DNA from: Collinsella sp.
GTDB lineage: Bacteria; Actinomycetota; Coriobacteriia; Coriobacteriales; Coriobacteriaceae
Assembly (NCBI GenBank): GCA_036304385.1
Contig: JAXIYS010000078.1
Coordinates: 9,473 to 73,472, forward strand
Direction: 5' to 3'
DNA: 64,000 nt
Shown: one piece after another, positions 1-9,087 of the stretch
How the letters are laid out: every line of letters begins with the position of its first letter
Position numbering within the stretch: position 1 is the first letter of the stretch
The notes under the pieces: model-generated
Seen by the model: only the letters and a program-made list of their open reading frames with translations
What the model was told of the DNA's origin: nothing
Databases searched by the model: none
Translations under genes and position numbers: made by a program

Positions 1-919
1 TTCTCCCGAACCGCTGACGACCGAGCAGATCGTCCTGGATTCCGATTTGGGGTACGGCTCGGGCAATATCGACTCAGACAAGCGCAAGTTCCGCCGCGAT
101 CGCGACAAGCTGCTCGAACGCGGCATCGTTATCAGGGAAGTTCGTGCTGCCGGAGCGCAGGAAACCGAGGAGAGCGCGTGGACGATCGACCGCGAGCACA
201 CGTTTGCCGCGGGCGGTCTCATCACCGCAGACGATGCCGACATCCTGCTCAACGCCATCGACCAGACACTCGCGGCAGGCTCATCCACCTTTGCCGCGCC
301 GCTTGCCGACATTCGCTCCAAGATTGCCTACCTCACCGGTATGTCGACGACAGGAGAGGCACCGATCCGCCGCTCTCCCGCCGTCGATGCGGTATGGAGT
401 GCCTTTGCCGAGCGTTGCGCGCTGCGCTTTTTGTACCAAAACGGACGCGGTGAACAACGCGAGCGGACCGTTTGCGTCTACGGCATGTTCGAGCGCGAAG
501 GTGCGGCATATTTCTGCGGCCTCGACAATGCCACCGACAATATCAGAACATTCCGCTGCGACCGCATCATTCGCGCCTGGAGGCCTTCGAAAGCCTACGC
601 CATTCCTGCGGATTTCAACCTCAACGATTACTTATTCTTTGAGTTCGATTTTGCCGACCGCCCACCCGTTGCGGCTACGTTCTCGTTTGCGCGTGAAGCG
701 CAGGCCGATATGATCAGCGGTCTCACGCGCGGACGAGGCGAACTCATGCGCACCGAAGCAGGTTGGACATGGACCGTTGACGTACGCGACTTTGAGGCCG
801 CAGCCTCGTTTTGCATGGCCCATGCCATGGATGGCATGAGGCCTGTCGCCCCCGATGCTCTCAAGCGGGCGTGGAATCACCTCATCGAAAGGACGGTGCA
901 CGAGTATGCCCGTGCGTAA
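1..919 (+). CDS. WYL-domain transcriptional regulator (PafB/PafC-like), 5' end cut by the window edge
   Basis: The frame is open from nt 2. It shows an HTH-proximal segment (KRKFRRDRDKLLERGIVI), a WYL-like core (RTVCVYGMFEREGAAYFCGLDNATDNIRTFRCDRI) and a C-terminal extension. It overlaps the next WYL gene by 14 nt. Confidence 0.7.
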   Translation, partial: SPEPLTTEQIVLDSDLGYGSGNIDSDKRKFRRDRDKLLERGIVIREVRAAGAQETEESAWTIDREHTFAAGGLITADDADILLNAIDQTLAAGSSTFAAPLADIRSKIAYLTGMSTTGEAPIRRSPAVDAVWSAFAERCALRFLYQNGRGEQRERTVCVYGMFEREGAAYFCGLDNATDNIRTFRCDRIIRAWRPSKAYAIPADFNLNDYLFFEFDFADRPPVAATFSFAREAQADMISGLTRGRGELMRTEAGWTWTVDVRDFEAAASFCMAHAMDGMRPVAPDALKRAWNHLIERTVHEYARA

Positions 920-1823
920 ACTCACCAGCGAGCAAAGACTCTCGCGCGCCATCGACATCATGGAGGCCCTCTACGCCGCCGGCGAGAATGGCATGACACG
1001 AGACGAGCTTTGTAGCCGTTTTGATATCACGGGGGCATCGCTCGACGAGATTCTCGAGATTGTCTCAACGCTTGCGGACCGAGAATCGGGCGCACGTATT
1101 ATCTGCGAACGCCGCGGCGAGTGCGTGGTCCTCACCGGTGATGCGGGGCGCGTGCTACCGCTGCGTCTGAGTGCCGCCGAAGGCGCTGTGCTCAACCATG
1201 AACTTGAATCATTGGGGATCGAACCCCAAGCGGCGGCTCGAATACGGCACGCCCTTCTTCCCGAAGAGCTCGGCTACAACCAGCGCGTCTTTGACACCGT
1301 CGCCCACGGATCGCACTGGCAGCAGCTGAGCTGCGCCATTCGGGACGGCGTTCGCTGCCGCATCTCGTATCGCTCGATGGATGACGCACAAGCACGCGAG
1401 CGTTTGGTCGACCCCTTGCGCATCACAACAAACGGCGACCAAACGTATCTGATTGCCTGGGATGTCGCGGTCGACGAGCAGCGTACCTATCGCATGGATA
1501 AAATCGAGGGCCTGGTCTTGACCGACGACTCCGTCGTGCGCCACGCACCGGAGCCCGCGACCCTCCACGACTCCCTCGCCCAGGCGGAGCGGAACGCGAA
1601 GCTTCTCATGCCGCGCGCCTTGGCAGAGCGCCTAGACTGGCCCGGCATCATGTCGATTGAACCCAATGGGGCGGACTGCTCAACAGTGAACGTGCGCTAC
1701 GGCTCCGAACGCTGGCTGTTAAGCCAGGTAATCGCAGCAGGCGGGGCCATCCGCATCTTGGATGACCCCGCCCTGTCAGAGCGTCTGTGCGATATGGCAA
1801 AATCCCTCGTCTGTCCGCTTTAG
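906..1823 (+). CDS. Second WYL-domain transcriptional regulator (PafB/PafC-like partner)
   Basis: ATG at 906 is preceded by GAAAGGA. N-terminal wHTH (MTRDELCSRFDITGASLDEILEIV) and WYL-like core (RCRISYRSMDDAQARERLVDPLRITTNGDQTYLIAWD...RTYRMDKI). The ORF-track start at 855 is probably too far upstream. Confidence 0.72.
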   Translation: MPVRKLTSEQRLSRAIDIMEALYAAGENGMTRDELCSRFDITGASLDEILEIVSTLADRESGARIICERRGECVVLTGDAGRVLPLRLSAAEGAVLNHELESLGIEPQAAARIRHALLPEELGYNQRVFDTVAHGSHWQQLSCAIRDGVRCRISYRSMDDAQARERLVDPLRITTNGDQTYLIAWDVAVDEQRTYRMDKIEGLVLTDDSVVRHAPEPATLHDSLAQAERNAKLLMPRALAERLDWPGIMSIEPNGADCSTVNVRYGSERWLLSQVIAAGGAIRILDDPALSERLCDMAKSLVCPL

Positions 1824-4714
1824 CGGCGCCGCTCGTGGCGTGAGCGCCACAGCTGTAGATAGTGCCCGATTTGTGCCGATTCGATGCGCTGATAGGAACT
1901 CGTGGGCAGCGACGTTAAGAATTTCTTGCCGTAGCCCTTCGTCACCAGGCGCGGGTCGGCCAAGATGAGTACGCCACAATCGGTCGACGAGCGAATGAGG
2001 CGACCGGCTGCCTGCTTGACCTCGAGCACGGCCTCGGGCAGCGAATAGCGCGCCCAAGCGCGGTCTTCACGCAGATTGCGCTCGCATGAGAGCGGGTCTG
2101 TGGGGCTCGAGAACGGCAGCTTGGGGATGATGACGCAGCGCAGCGTCTCGCCGCTGGCGTCAAACCCTTCCCAAAAGGCCTTAAGCGCAAAGAGCGACGA
2201 GGTCGGTTCGTTGATGAAGCGATCGCGCAGACGGCGAGGAGACGAATTGCGCTGCTGGCAGTTGAGTTCCAGACCCGCACGAGCCATCTTGGGCTCGACG
2301 CGAGCGTACAACTCCTCCATGTCGCGCCTGTTGGTGAACAGCGTGAGCACCGAGCCGCGCATGGCCAGATGAGCGTCGACCAGCACACGCTCGAGCGCCG
2401 AAAGATAGCCTTCACGGTCGCGCGGATCGGGGATATCCCCGGCCACGACCACGGCCATATTCGAATCGAAGTCGTAGCTCGAATCCAAGTGCAGCGACGA
2501 TGATGTCGAGGCACCGATGCGATCGAGGCCGACGGCGTGGTTAAAGTGCTCAAAGCTCTTGGAAACCGTCATGGTCGCCGATGCAAAGATAGCCGTGTGG
2601 ACCTCGGGCAGCCACTCGGTTGCCAAGGCCTCACCAATATCGATGCGCTCCGCGGTCATCGACTCGCCGCCGGCGCGCAATCTGCGATTGACTTGCAGCG
2701 AGTACACGTAGTGTTCGTCGGTGCCGTCAATGATGAGCTTGAGGTTCTCGACCAGCTCGTGTAGGCGGCGCGAGATATCACCCAGGTCGACAACAACCTC
2801 GGGCTTGTCGGCGGCGACGGCTTGTACCAGCGCGTCGACGCTCTTGTCAGCTTGTTCCAATGCGTCAATAGCAGTGTAGGCCGACTGTAAGAAATCATGC
2901 CAGTCGTCAGATTCGCGCAGCTCGGGGCCAATCCATAGGTTCGCATTGTCATAGCCCCCGCGCGCACGGCGGCCAAGCTCGCGAACGCCGTCAAACACAT
3001 CGGCGATTGCCATGCTCGCGCGCGCGGCCGTCGACGTCGCCTTGGCGGTTAGACCCAGGTAGAGCGTAGAGCCCTCCGAAGCTGCCAAATCGCGGGAAAC
3101 CTGGCTCAGTGCACCGGTGCTCGAGCCACCCAGGCGCTCAAACAGAACGCGCGATTCATCCGCCGACACCACGCGCGCCCATTGACGGCGAGCCTCGCGC
3201 TCGATGGAGTGGGCCTCATCGATCACCCAGTGACGAATTGGAGGCAAGATTCTGCCCTCGGCCGCAACGTTGCGGAACAGCAGGGAATGGTTGGTGACCA
3301 CCACATCGGCATGCGCCGCGCGACGGCGGGCGCCGTGGACCAGGCATTTATCGGGGAAAAACGGGCATAGGCGACGGGCGCACTCGCGCGACGCCGTCGT
3401 AAAGTCGGGACGGTTGACGCTGCGCCAGCGAATGCCGAGCGAGTCGAGGTCGCCATCGGCCGACTGACACACGTACGCCATGATGACCGCGACTGCCGTA
3501 AGCGTGTCGGCAGGATCACGCTTAGTCGTAATTTCGACTTGGCCACGGCTCATGCGCTCAAGCTTGCGCAAGCATGGATAGTGGTCATAGCCCTTGAGGG
3601 CGCAAAACGATAGGCCTCCTTCCAGCTGCTCGGCAAGTTTGGGCAGCTCATGATACATGAGCTGGTCGGCAAGATTATTCGATTTAGTCGCGATACCAAC
3701 CGTGATGTTGTTGCGGCGCGCTGCCTCGGCAAAAGGCACCAGATAGGCCATCGATTTGCCGACGCCCGTCCCCGCCTCAATCACGCGATGCGTTCCCGTA
3801 ACGAGCGCGTCACGGACCTCGAGCGCCATCGCGATTTGCTCATCGCGCGGCTCGTACGTGGGATACATGCGATTAACCAGACCGCCCGGGGCATAGTCCG
3901 CCTCGATTTCCTCGCGGCTCGGCATCTTAAGGACCGGTAGCTCGTCCGCATCAACGCGATCATCGGCCCGATCGGCCTTGAGTACGTCGGCGCGGGCGGC
4001 GCTGAGAGAGAAGATGGAACCGGGGTTCTGTCCCGCCAAGAACGAGAAGATGGGACGATAAGACCAGGGCACGTCGGGGTGCATGTCGGCCAGACGCGCC
4101 ATTAAGCCCTGAGGCAAGTCGGAGAGCGCCACGAGCAACACACGCCACACGCCACACAGGGCGTCGACATCGGCGTTGGCGCGGTGCGACACCGAGTCGC
4201 AGCCAAACAGGTCGGCCATAAAAGACAGCTTGTGCGAGGCCAGGCGCGGAAGTGCGATGCGCGACAGTGCCAGCGAATCGATCCAGATGTCGCTGACGTT
4301 GACACCGCCCTTGACCGACTCGATAAACGAACGGTCGAAGGTGGCGTTATGCGCAATCACCGGGCAGCCGCCGACAAAATCGGCGAGAGCGGCCACGGCC
4401 TCGACGGCCGATGGGGCATCCACCACATCGGCGTTTGTAATGCTCGTGAGTTCGGTAATCTCGGCGGGAATCAGCTGCTTGGGATGCACGAAGGTATCAA
4501 ACCGATCGACAACCTCGCGGCCCGAAAGGCGGGCAGCCGAGATCTCGATCAGCTCGTTGTCCTGCACCGAAAGACCCGTGGTCTCGGTATCGAGGACGAT
4601 AACATCTTCCTCGATGAGACCAAACGATTGGGTTTTGGCGCGCTCGGCAAGCGTGGCATAGGAGTCGATGACAAACTGCGGCGTTCCCGTCGAAACAGCG
4701 TCCTCGATTAGCAT
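1820..4714 (-). CDS. dinG: Bifunctional DnaQ-like 3'-5' exonuclease / DinG-family ATP-dependent DNA helicase
   Basis: Exo I motif VLDTETTGL, Walker A EAGTGVGKS, DEAH box VIDEAHSIE, and four Cys in the FeS-like region (CLRK...C...C..FFPDKC). 964 aa. The start overlaps the ddl stop by 7 nt. Confidence 0.9.
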   Translation of the reverse strand: MLIEDAVSTGTPQFVIDSYATLAERAKTQSFGLIEEDVIVLDTETTGLSVQDNELIEISAARLSGREVVDRFDTFVHPKQLIPAEITELTSITNADVVDAPSAVEAVAALADFVGGCPVIAHNATFDRSFIESVKGGVNVSDIWIDSLALSRIALPRLASHKLSFMADLFGCDSVSHRANADVDALCGVWRVLLVALSDLPQGLMARLADMHPDVPWSYRPIFSFLAGQNPGSIFSLSAARADVLKADRADDRVDADELPVLKMPSREEIEADYAPGGLVNRMYPTYEPRDEQIAMALEVRDALVTGTHRVIEAGTGVGKSMAYLVPFAEAARRNNITVGIATKSNNLADQLMYHELPKLAEQLEGGLSFCALKGYDHYPCLRKLERMSRGQVEITTKRDPADTLTAVAVIMAYVCQSADGDLDSLGIRWRSVNRPDFTTASRECARRLCPFFPDKCLVHGARRRAAHADVVVTNHSLLFRNVAAEGRILPPIRHWVIDEAHSIEREARRQWARVVSADESRVLFERLGGSSTGALSQVSRDLAASEGSTLYLGLTAKATSTAARASMAIADVFDGVRELGRRARGGYDNANLWIGPELRESDDWHDFLQSAYTAIDALEQADKSVDALVQAVAADKPEVVVDLGDISRRLHELVENLKLIIDGTDEHYVYSLQVNRRLRAGGESMTAERIDIGEALATEWLPEVHTAIFASATMTVSKSFEHFNHAVGLDRIGASTSSSLHLDSSYDFDSNMAVVVAGDIPDPRDREGYLSALERVLVDAHLAMRGSVLTLFTNRRDMEELYARVEPKMARAGLELNCQQRNSSPRRLRDRFINEPTSSLFALKAFWEGFDASGETLRCVIIPKLPFSSPTDPLSCERNLREDRAWARYSLPEAVLEVKQAAGRLIRSSTDCGVLILADPRLVTKGYGKKFLTSLPTSSYQRIESAQIGHYLQLWRSRHERRR

Positions 4715-5673
4715 GCAACGCCCGCTCGACGAAGTCCCATACGAATCAGACTGTCACAGACCTGCGGGAACGTCATGTCGTCGGTGTGGCGAATCTCATC
4801 CGGATACAGCGACGTATCGGTCATGCCGGGAATCGTGTTGGTCTCCAGGATGACGGGGCCGTCCTCGCTCACGATAAAGTCACTGCGCGAGATGCCCAAG
4901 CAACCGAGCGCCCTATGGGCGGCACAGGCTAGCTCCTGGGCACGAGCGTAGTTCTCGGGCGAAATCTGCGCCGGAATGCGATGGATGTCCGTAGGGTCGA
5001 CATACTTCACGTCCAGATCGTAGAACTCGCAATCCTCGGGCTTACGGATCTCAACGATCGGCAGGGCGCGCACGTCATCCTCGCCGTATACGCCGACGGT
5101 GATCTCGGTACCCTCGATACACTTCTCGACCAGCACTTTGTCGCCGTACTCAAACGCCTTGGCGATTGCCGCGGGAAGCTCGGAGGGCTCATGGACCAGG
5201 GAAATGCCATAGCTGGAACCGTTTACGGCCGGCTTCACAAAGCAGCGCTCGCCACAAACCTCGACGATATGATCGATATCGACTTCATCGCCCACCTCGA
5301 GCGCAAGGCCGGGGGCAATGGGAATGCCTGCCTTGGCGTACAGGAGCTTAGAGACCTCCTTGTCGGCACCGCAGGCGCTGGCAAGCACGCCCGAGGCCGT
5401 GTAGGGGATACCCAGGGTCTCCATGGCACCCTGCATGGCACCATCCTCACCGCCGGCGCCGTGCATGGCGATAAACGCCACGTCAAAGCCGCCGGTCGCC
5501 ATGGTTACCATAAAATCATCGGCAGCCGTGTCGAGCAGCTCCACCGAAGTGTAGCCGGCCTCCTTCAAGGCCACCACGACGTTCTTTCCCGAATTGAGCG
5601 AGATCTCGCGCTCAGCGGAATGACCGCCCGCCAAGACCGCTACGTGCATGTTCTCTAGGCTTTTACCCGGCAT
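4708..5673 (-). CDS. ddl: D-alanine--D-alanine ligase
   Basis: Typical Ddl N-terminus (VAVLAGGHSAEREISLNSG), ATP-grasp motifs and C-terminal LETNTIPGMT. RBS GAGGAGGAG lies 7 nt upstream of the ATG. Confidence 0.9.
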   Translation of the reverse strand: MPGKSLENMHVAVLAGGHSAEREISLNSGKNVVVALKEAGYTSVELLDTAADDFMVTMATGGFDVAFIAMHGAGGEDGAMQGAMETLGIPYTASGVLASACGADKEVSKLLYAKAGIPIAPGLALEVGDEVDIDHIVEVCGERCFVKPAVNGSSYGISLVHEPSELPAAIAKAFEYGDKVLVEKCIEGTEITVGVYGEDDVRALPIVEIRKPEDCEFYDLDVKYVDPTDIHRIPAQISPENYARAQELACAAHRALGCLGISRSDFIVSEDGPVILETNTIPGMTDTSLYPDEIRHTDDMTFPQVCDSLIRMGLRRAGVAC

Positions 5674-5758
5674 GGGCAGACTCCTCCTCTATAATTTCTG
5701 CAGCTGATACCATATTGTAGCGATACCCTCTACGTTTCCCCAAAATCGAAAGGCTTCC

Positions 5759-6811
5759 ATGAATCCCAGGACTAAATCTCAGGACATTCGCGACTTGAGC
5801 CAAAACGATATTCGCGAGCTTGTGGCCGAACTCGGCCAGCCCGCCTTCCGCGCGAAGCAGCTCATCGAATGGGTCTTTGAGAAGAACGTTTGTTCGTTTG
5901 ACGATATGACCAACCTTCCTAAGGCTTTCCGCGAGCAGCTTAAAGAGGCTTTTGCCTTTGACACGCCGACTGAACTCACCAAACAGGTTTCCAAAGATGG
6001 CTCTCGCAAGTATCTGCTCGAGTACCACGACGGCATTTCCGTCGAGACTGTCGGTATGCCCCGTCGTAACAAGCTTTCCGTCTGCGTTTCCACCCAGGCA
6101 GGCTGTGGCATGGGTTGTGCATTTTGCGCCACTGGCCTTAACGGCCTCAAGCGCTCGCTGACAGCCCAGGAGATCGTCGACCAGGTGTTGCACGTCTCGA
6201 ATGATTTTGGCGAGCGTGCTACAAGCGTCGTTTTCATGGGCCAGGGCGAGCCCTTTGCTAACTACGACGAGGTTCTCAAGGCTCTGCGCATCCTTAACGA
6301 TCCCGACGGTATCGGTATTGGAGCCCGTCACCTTACTGTCTCTACCAGCGGTGTTATTCCCGGTATTCGCAAGTTTGCCGACATTCCCGAGCAGTTTACG
6401 CTCGCTGTGTCGCTGCACTCCGCTATCCAGTCCACGCGCAACAAGCTTATGCCTGGCGTCAAGAAGTACACGCTTCTGCGCCTTCATGAGGCGCTGCAGC
6501 TCTACACCGAAAAGACGGGCCGCCGCCCAACTTATGAGTACGCCATGATCGAGGGCGTCAATGACACGAATCCCGAGATGCAGGCGCTCTGCGACTTCTG
6601 CGAGGGAACGCTGTGCCACGTTAACCTGATTCAGCTTAACGACATTGAGGGCAGCCCGCTCAAGCCGTCGCCGATTCATAAGGTCGAGGATCTTCAGCGC
6701 CGCCTTGAGTCTCGTGGCATCGAGACCACGATCCGTAATTCTCGCGGCAATGATATTGATGCCGCCTGCGGTCAACTGAAGCAACGTTTCAAGGTCCAGA
6801 AGAACGCATAG
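5759..6811 (+). CDS. rlmN: 23S rRNA/tRNA (adenine-C2)-methyltransferase, radical SAM
   Basis: CxxxCxxC radical-SAM cluster motif (GCGMGCAFCATG) and full-length RlmN-like organisation. Confidence 0.92.
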   Translation: MNPRTKSQDIRDLSQNDIRELVAELGQPAFRAKQLIEWVFEKNVCSFDDMTNLPKAFREQLKEAFAFDTPTELTKQVSKDGSRKYLLEYHDGISVETVGMPRRNKLSVCVSTQAGCGMGCAFCATGLNGLKRSLTAQEIVDQVLHVSNDFGERATSVVFMGQGEPFANYDEVLKALRILNDPDGIGIGARHLTVSTSGVIPGIRKFADIPEQFTLAVSLHSAIQSTRNKLMPGVKKYTLLRLHEALQLYTEKTGRRPTYEYAMIEGVNDTNPEMQALCDFCEGTLCHVNLIQLNDIEGSPLKPSPIHKVEDLQRRLESRGIETTIRNSRGNDIDAACGQLKQRFKVQKNA

Positions 6812-6831
6812 GGGAGTCTGCACCACCATAA

Positions 6832-6847
6832 CGTTTCATGTGAAACA
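6832..6847. promoter_or_regulatory. Degenerate parS-like palindrome
   Basis: CGTTTCATGTGAAACA matches 14 of 16 positions of the parS consensus TGTTTCACGTGAAACA. Confidence 0.45.
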
Positions 6848-6851
6848 TCCG

Positions 6852-6899
6852 ACAGCCCTGGTTGACAATAATGCAACCAGGGCTGTTTCATTTGTTTTC
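6852..6899 (+). terminator. Rho-independent terminator after rlmN
   Basis: 12-bp stem ACAGCCCTGGTT / AACCAGGGCTGT followed by a T-rich tail (TTCATTTGTTTTC). Confidence 0.7.
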
Positions 6900-6945
6900 A
6901 TCCTAGTGGACTTGAATTACGTGAATTTAGCTTTATGGCCAAAAT

Positions 6946-6983
6946 AAGTGGCCCTTGTCTCATAAATCAGACAAGGGCCACTT
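6946..6983 (-). terminator. Rho-independent terminator at the end of the rsmG-parA-parB-small gene unit
   Basis: 15-bp stem AAGTGGCCCTTGTCT / AGACAAGGGCCACTT. On the minus strand it is followed by TTATTTT. Confidence 0.6.
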
Positions 6984-7002
6984 CAAAATAGGCAAGTAAT
7001 TG

Positions 7003-7014
7003 TTAGGTACCTAA
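7003..7014. repeat. 12-bp perfect palindrome TTAGGTACCTAA, copy 1
   Basis: Exact palindrome overlapping the stop codon of the small minus-strand gene. An identical copy lies at 10508-10519. Confidence 0.9.
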
Positions 7015-7265
7015 TAACCAACATTTTCCCATTGATGGTTAACCCAGTCTTGGTTAATCTTGGGATTCTTAGTCACCTGAGCAGTGCGCATAGCGACATC
7101 TTCGGTCATCACATCCATTTTCTTCTTAGATGTATCGACGATATCCTGAGCTCCGCGCAACAGTCGACCTCGAAGTTCATCATCTGTCGCAAGCTTATAA
7201 CCAGCAAAGGCACCAGCAACGACAGTGGTTGCCAACGCAACGACCGCGAGAACCTTATTCTTCAT
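7011..7265 (-). CDS. Small membrane-anchored protein, YtxH-like (tentative)
   Basis: Start chosen at MKNKVLAVVALATTVVAGAFAG, with RBS GGAGGA upstream. One N-terminal TM helix is followed by a charged helical tail. It overlaps the parB stop by 11 nt. Confidence 0.5.
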   Translation of the reverse strand: MKNKVLAVVALATTVVAGAFAGYKLATDDELRGRLLRGAQDIVDTSKKKMDVMTEDVAMRTAQVTKNPKINQDWVNHQWENVGY

Positions 7266-8160
7266 CCTGATCCTCCTGCCCAAATTGAATCATTTCACCA
7301 AGGATACGGGAGAGCTCCTCCTCGTCTTTGAACTCGATTTCGATTTTGTTCTTACCACGCGAGCTCTTCACGCGTACATTCGTGTTGAAAACTTGACGAA
7401 GTACTCGAGCGGCCTTTTTGAATGACTGAGGTGTTGCTGGCCTCGGAGTCCTTGGCGTCTCTCCGGCAGAAAACAACGGAGCAAGATTTTCTGTCGCTCT
7501 AACTGAAAGACCTTCTGCAACAACTTTCTCAGCAAGTCGAATCCTGGCATCTTCATATGGAACTGCAAGAATCGCTCTCGCATGGCCGGAAGTAAGCTTG
7601 CCCTCGAAAATCATCTGCTGCACAACTTCGGGAAGATCTAGCAAACGAAGTGAATTTGTAATTGCGGAACGAGACTTACTGACAGCCTTTGATAACGCCT
7701 CTTGCGTCATGCCGCTGGCATCAATGAGCTGACGATAACCCTTCGCCTCTTCGACGGGATTCAAATCAGAACGCTGAAGATTCTCGATAAGAGCAAGAGC
7801 GAGCATCTCCTCATCATTAACTTCCTTAATGATGACCGGCAATTCTTCGAGACCAGCAAGTTTCGACGCCTGGTAACGACGCTCACCGGCAATAATCTCA
7901 TAGCCGTTTCCATGCTTTCGAACCAACAACGGCTGCAAAACGCCATGTTCTTGGATCGACTCGCTCAACTCGCGAAGTTCAGTTTCGTTAAAGTGAATTC
8001 GCGGCTGATTGGGGTTGGGAACGATATCCTCAATAGGTAGTTTTGTTTCAGATGCGGCATTTGAAGCCGATGCAGCTGAACCACCGGTCTCGTACTCGGC
8101 CTCAGAGACCAAAGCATTGAGTCCACGTCCCAATCCGCCACGTTTCTTTGCACTAGGCAC
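7255..8160 (-). CDS. parB: Chromosome partitioning protein ParB (Spo0J)
   Basis: GLGRGLNAL box, the ParB arginine patch (IIAGERRYQASKLAG) and an HTH (QEALSKAVSKSRSAITNSLRLL). Confidence 0.92.
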   Translation of the reverse strand: MPSAKKRGGLGRGLNALVSEAEYETGGSAASASNAASETKLPIEDIVPNPNQPRIHFNETELRELSESIQEHGVLQPLLVRKHGNGYEIIAGERRYQASKLAGLEELPVIIKEVNDEEMLALALIENLQRSDLNPVEEAKGYRQLIDASGMTQEALSKAVSKSRSAITNSLRLLDLPEVVQQMIFEGKLTSGHARAILAVPYEDARIRLAEKVVAEGLSVRATENLAPLFSAGETPRTPRPATPQSFKKAARVLRQVFNTNVRVKSSRGKNKIEIEFKDEEELSRILGEMIQFGQEDQDEE

Positions 8161-8953
8161 GCTTGATCACCTCTTTTGCAAGGTTCATATACGCTTTTGC
8201 ACCCTTATTTTGAGGTGCATAGGTAATTACCGGCTCGCCAAAAGACGGAGCCTCAGAGATTTTTACGGTACGAGGAATTAAGGTCTTAAAAGCCTTATCG
8301 CCAAAGTACGACTGAACTTCCTCAACAACTTGATTCGACAGAGAAGTACGCGAGTCATACATGGTCATAAGCACACCATAGGTGTCTAAGCCCTTATTCA
8401 GACGTGATTTGACCATCTTCATTGACTCAAGCAGCTTCGTAACGCCCTCGAGTGCGTAATACTCACACTGGATCGGAATCAAAACGCTATCTGCTGCGGT
8501 CAAAGCATTGATGGTAAGCAGGCCGAGCGAAGGAGGACAGTCGATGAATATAAAATCAAACTCATCCTGAATCGGCTCAAGCAAATCTTTGAGGCGGGTT
8601 TCACGAGCAATTGCGCTTACGAGCTCAATTTCGGCACCTGCAAGCTGAATTGTCGCCGGAATAACGAATACCTTTTTGCAATTTGTATCAAGAACAAGCG
8701 ATTCTGCCGGCACGTCATTCAGCAATGCATCATAGATGCACTGATCAAGGTCTTCTTTTTCAATTCCAAATCCGCTAGTGCTGTTTCCTTGCGGATCAAA
8801 ATCGACAATCAGTGTCTTGCGTCCCTGTTCACCCAGTGCTGCAGCAAGGTTTACAGCCGTCGTCGACTTACCGACGCCGCCTTTTTGATTGATGATTGCA
8901 ATGATACGCGTGTCTTTTGCGCTCTTCGAACGCTTAACGTCGCGAAATCCCAC
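8153..8953 (-). CDS. parA: Chromosome partitioning ATPase ParA (Soj)
   Basis: Deviant Walker A (NQKGGVGKSTT) and ParA/MinD family layout. GTG start with AGGAGGG RBS. Confidence 0.92.
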   Translation of the reverse strand: MGFRDVKRSKSAKDTRIIAIINQKGGVGKSTTAVNLAAALGEQGRKTLIVDFDPQGNSTSGFGIEKEDLDQCIYDALLNDVPAESLVLDTNCKKVFVIPATIQLAGAEIELVSAIARETRLKDLLEPIQDEFDFIFIDCPPSLGLLTINALTAADSVLIPIQCEYYALEGVTKLLESMKMVKSRLNKGLDTYGVLMTMYDSRTSLSNQVVEEVQSYFGDKAFKTLIPRTVKISEAPSFGEPVITYAPQNKGAKAYMNLAKEVIKRA

Positions 8954-8992
8954 GGTCCCTCCTGGTGTGTATTAAAGCTGTCAAACGGAGGA

Positions 8993-9008
8993 TGTTTCAC
9001 GTGAAACA
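8993..9008. promoter_or_regulatory. parS site 1 (perfect consensus)
   Basis: TGTTTCACGTGAAACA, an exact 16-bp parS palindrome. Confidence 0.9.
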
Positions 9009-9031
9009 CTCCGATTCAATATCAACCGCCA

Positions 9032-9047
9032 TGTTTCACGTGAAACA
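9032..9047. promoter_or_regulatory. parS site 2 (perfect consensus)
   Basis: TGTTTCACGTGAAACA, an exact match. Confidence 0.9.
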
Positions 9048-9070
9048 CTGCAAGTTGTTAGTATCCATTA

Positions 9071-9086
9071 TGTTTCACGTGAAACA
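9071..9086. promoter_or_regulatory. parS site 3 (perfect consensus)
   Basis: TGTTTCACGTGAAACA, an exact match ending 1 nt before the rsmG stop codon. Confidence 0.9.
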
Positions 9087-9087
9087 T

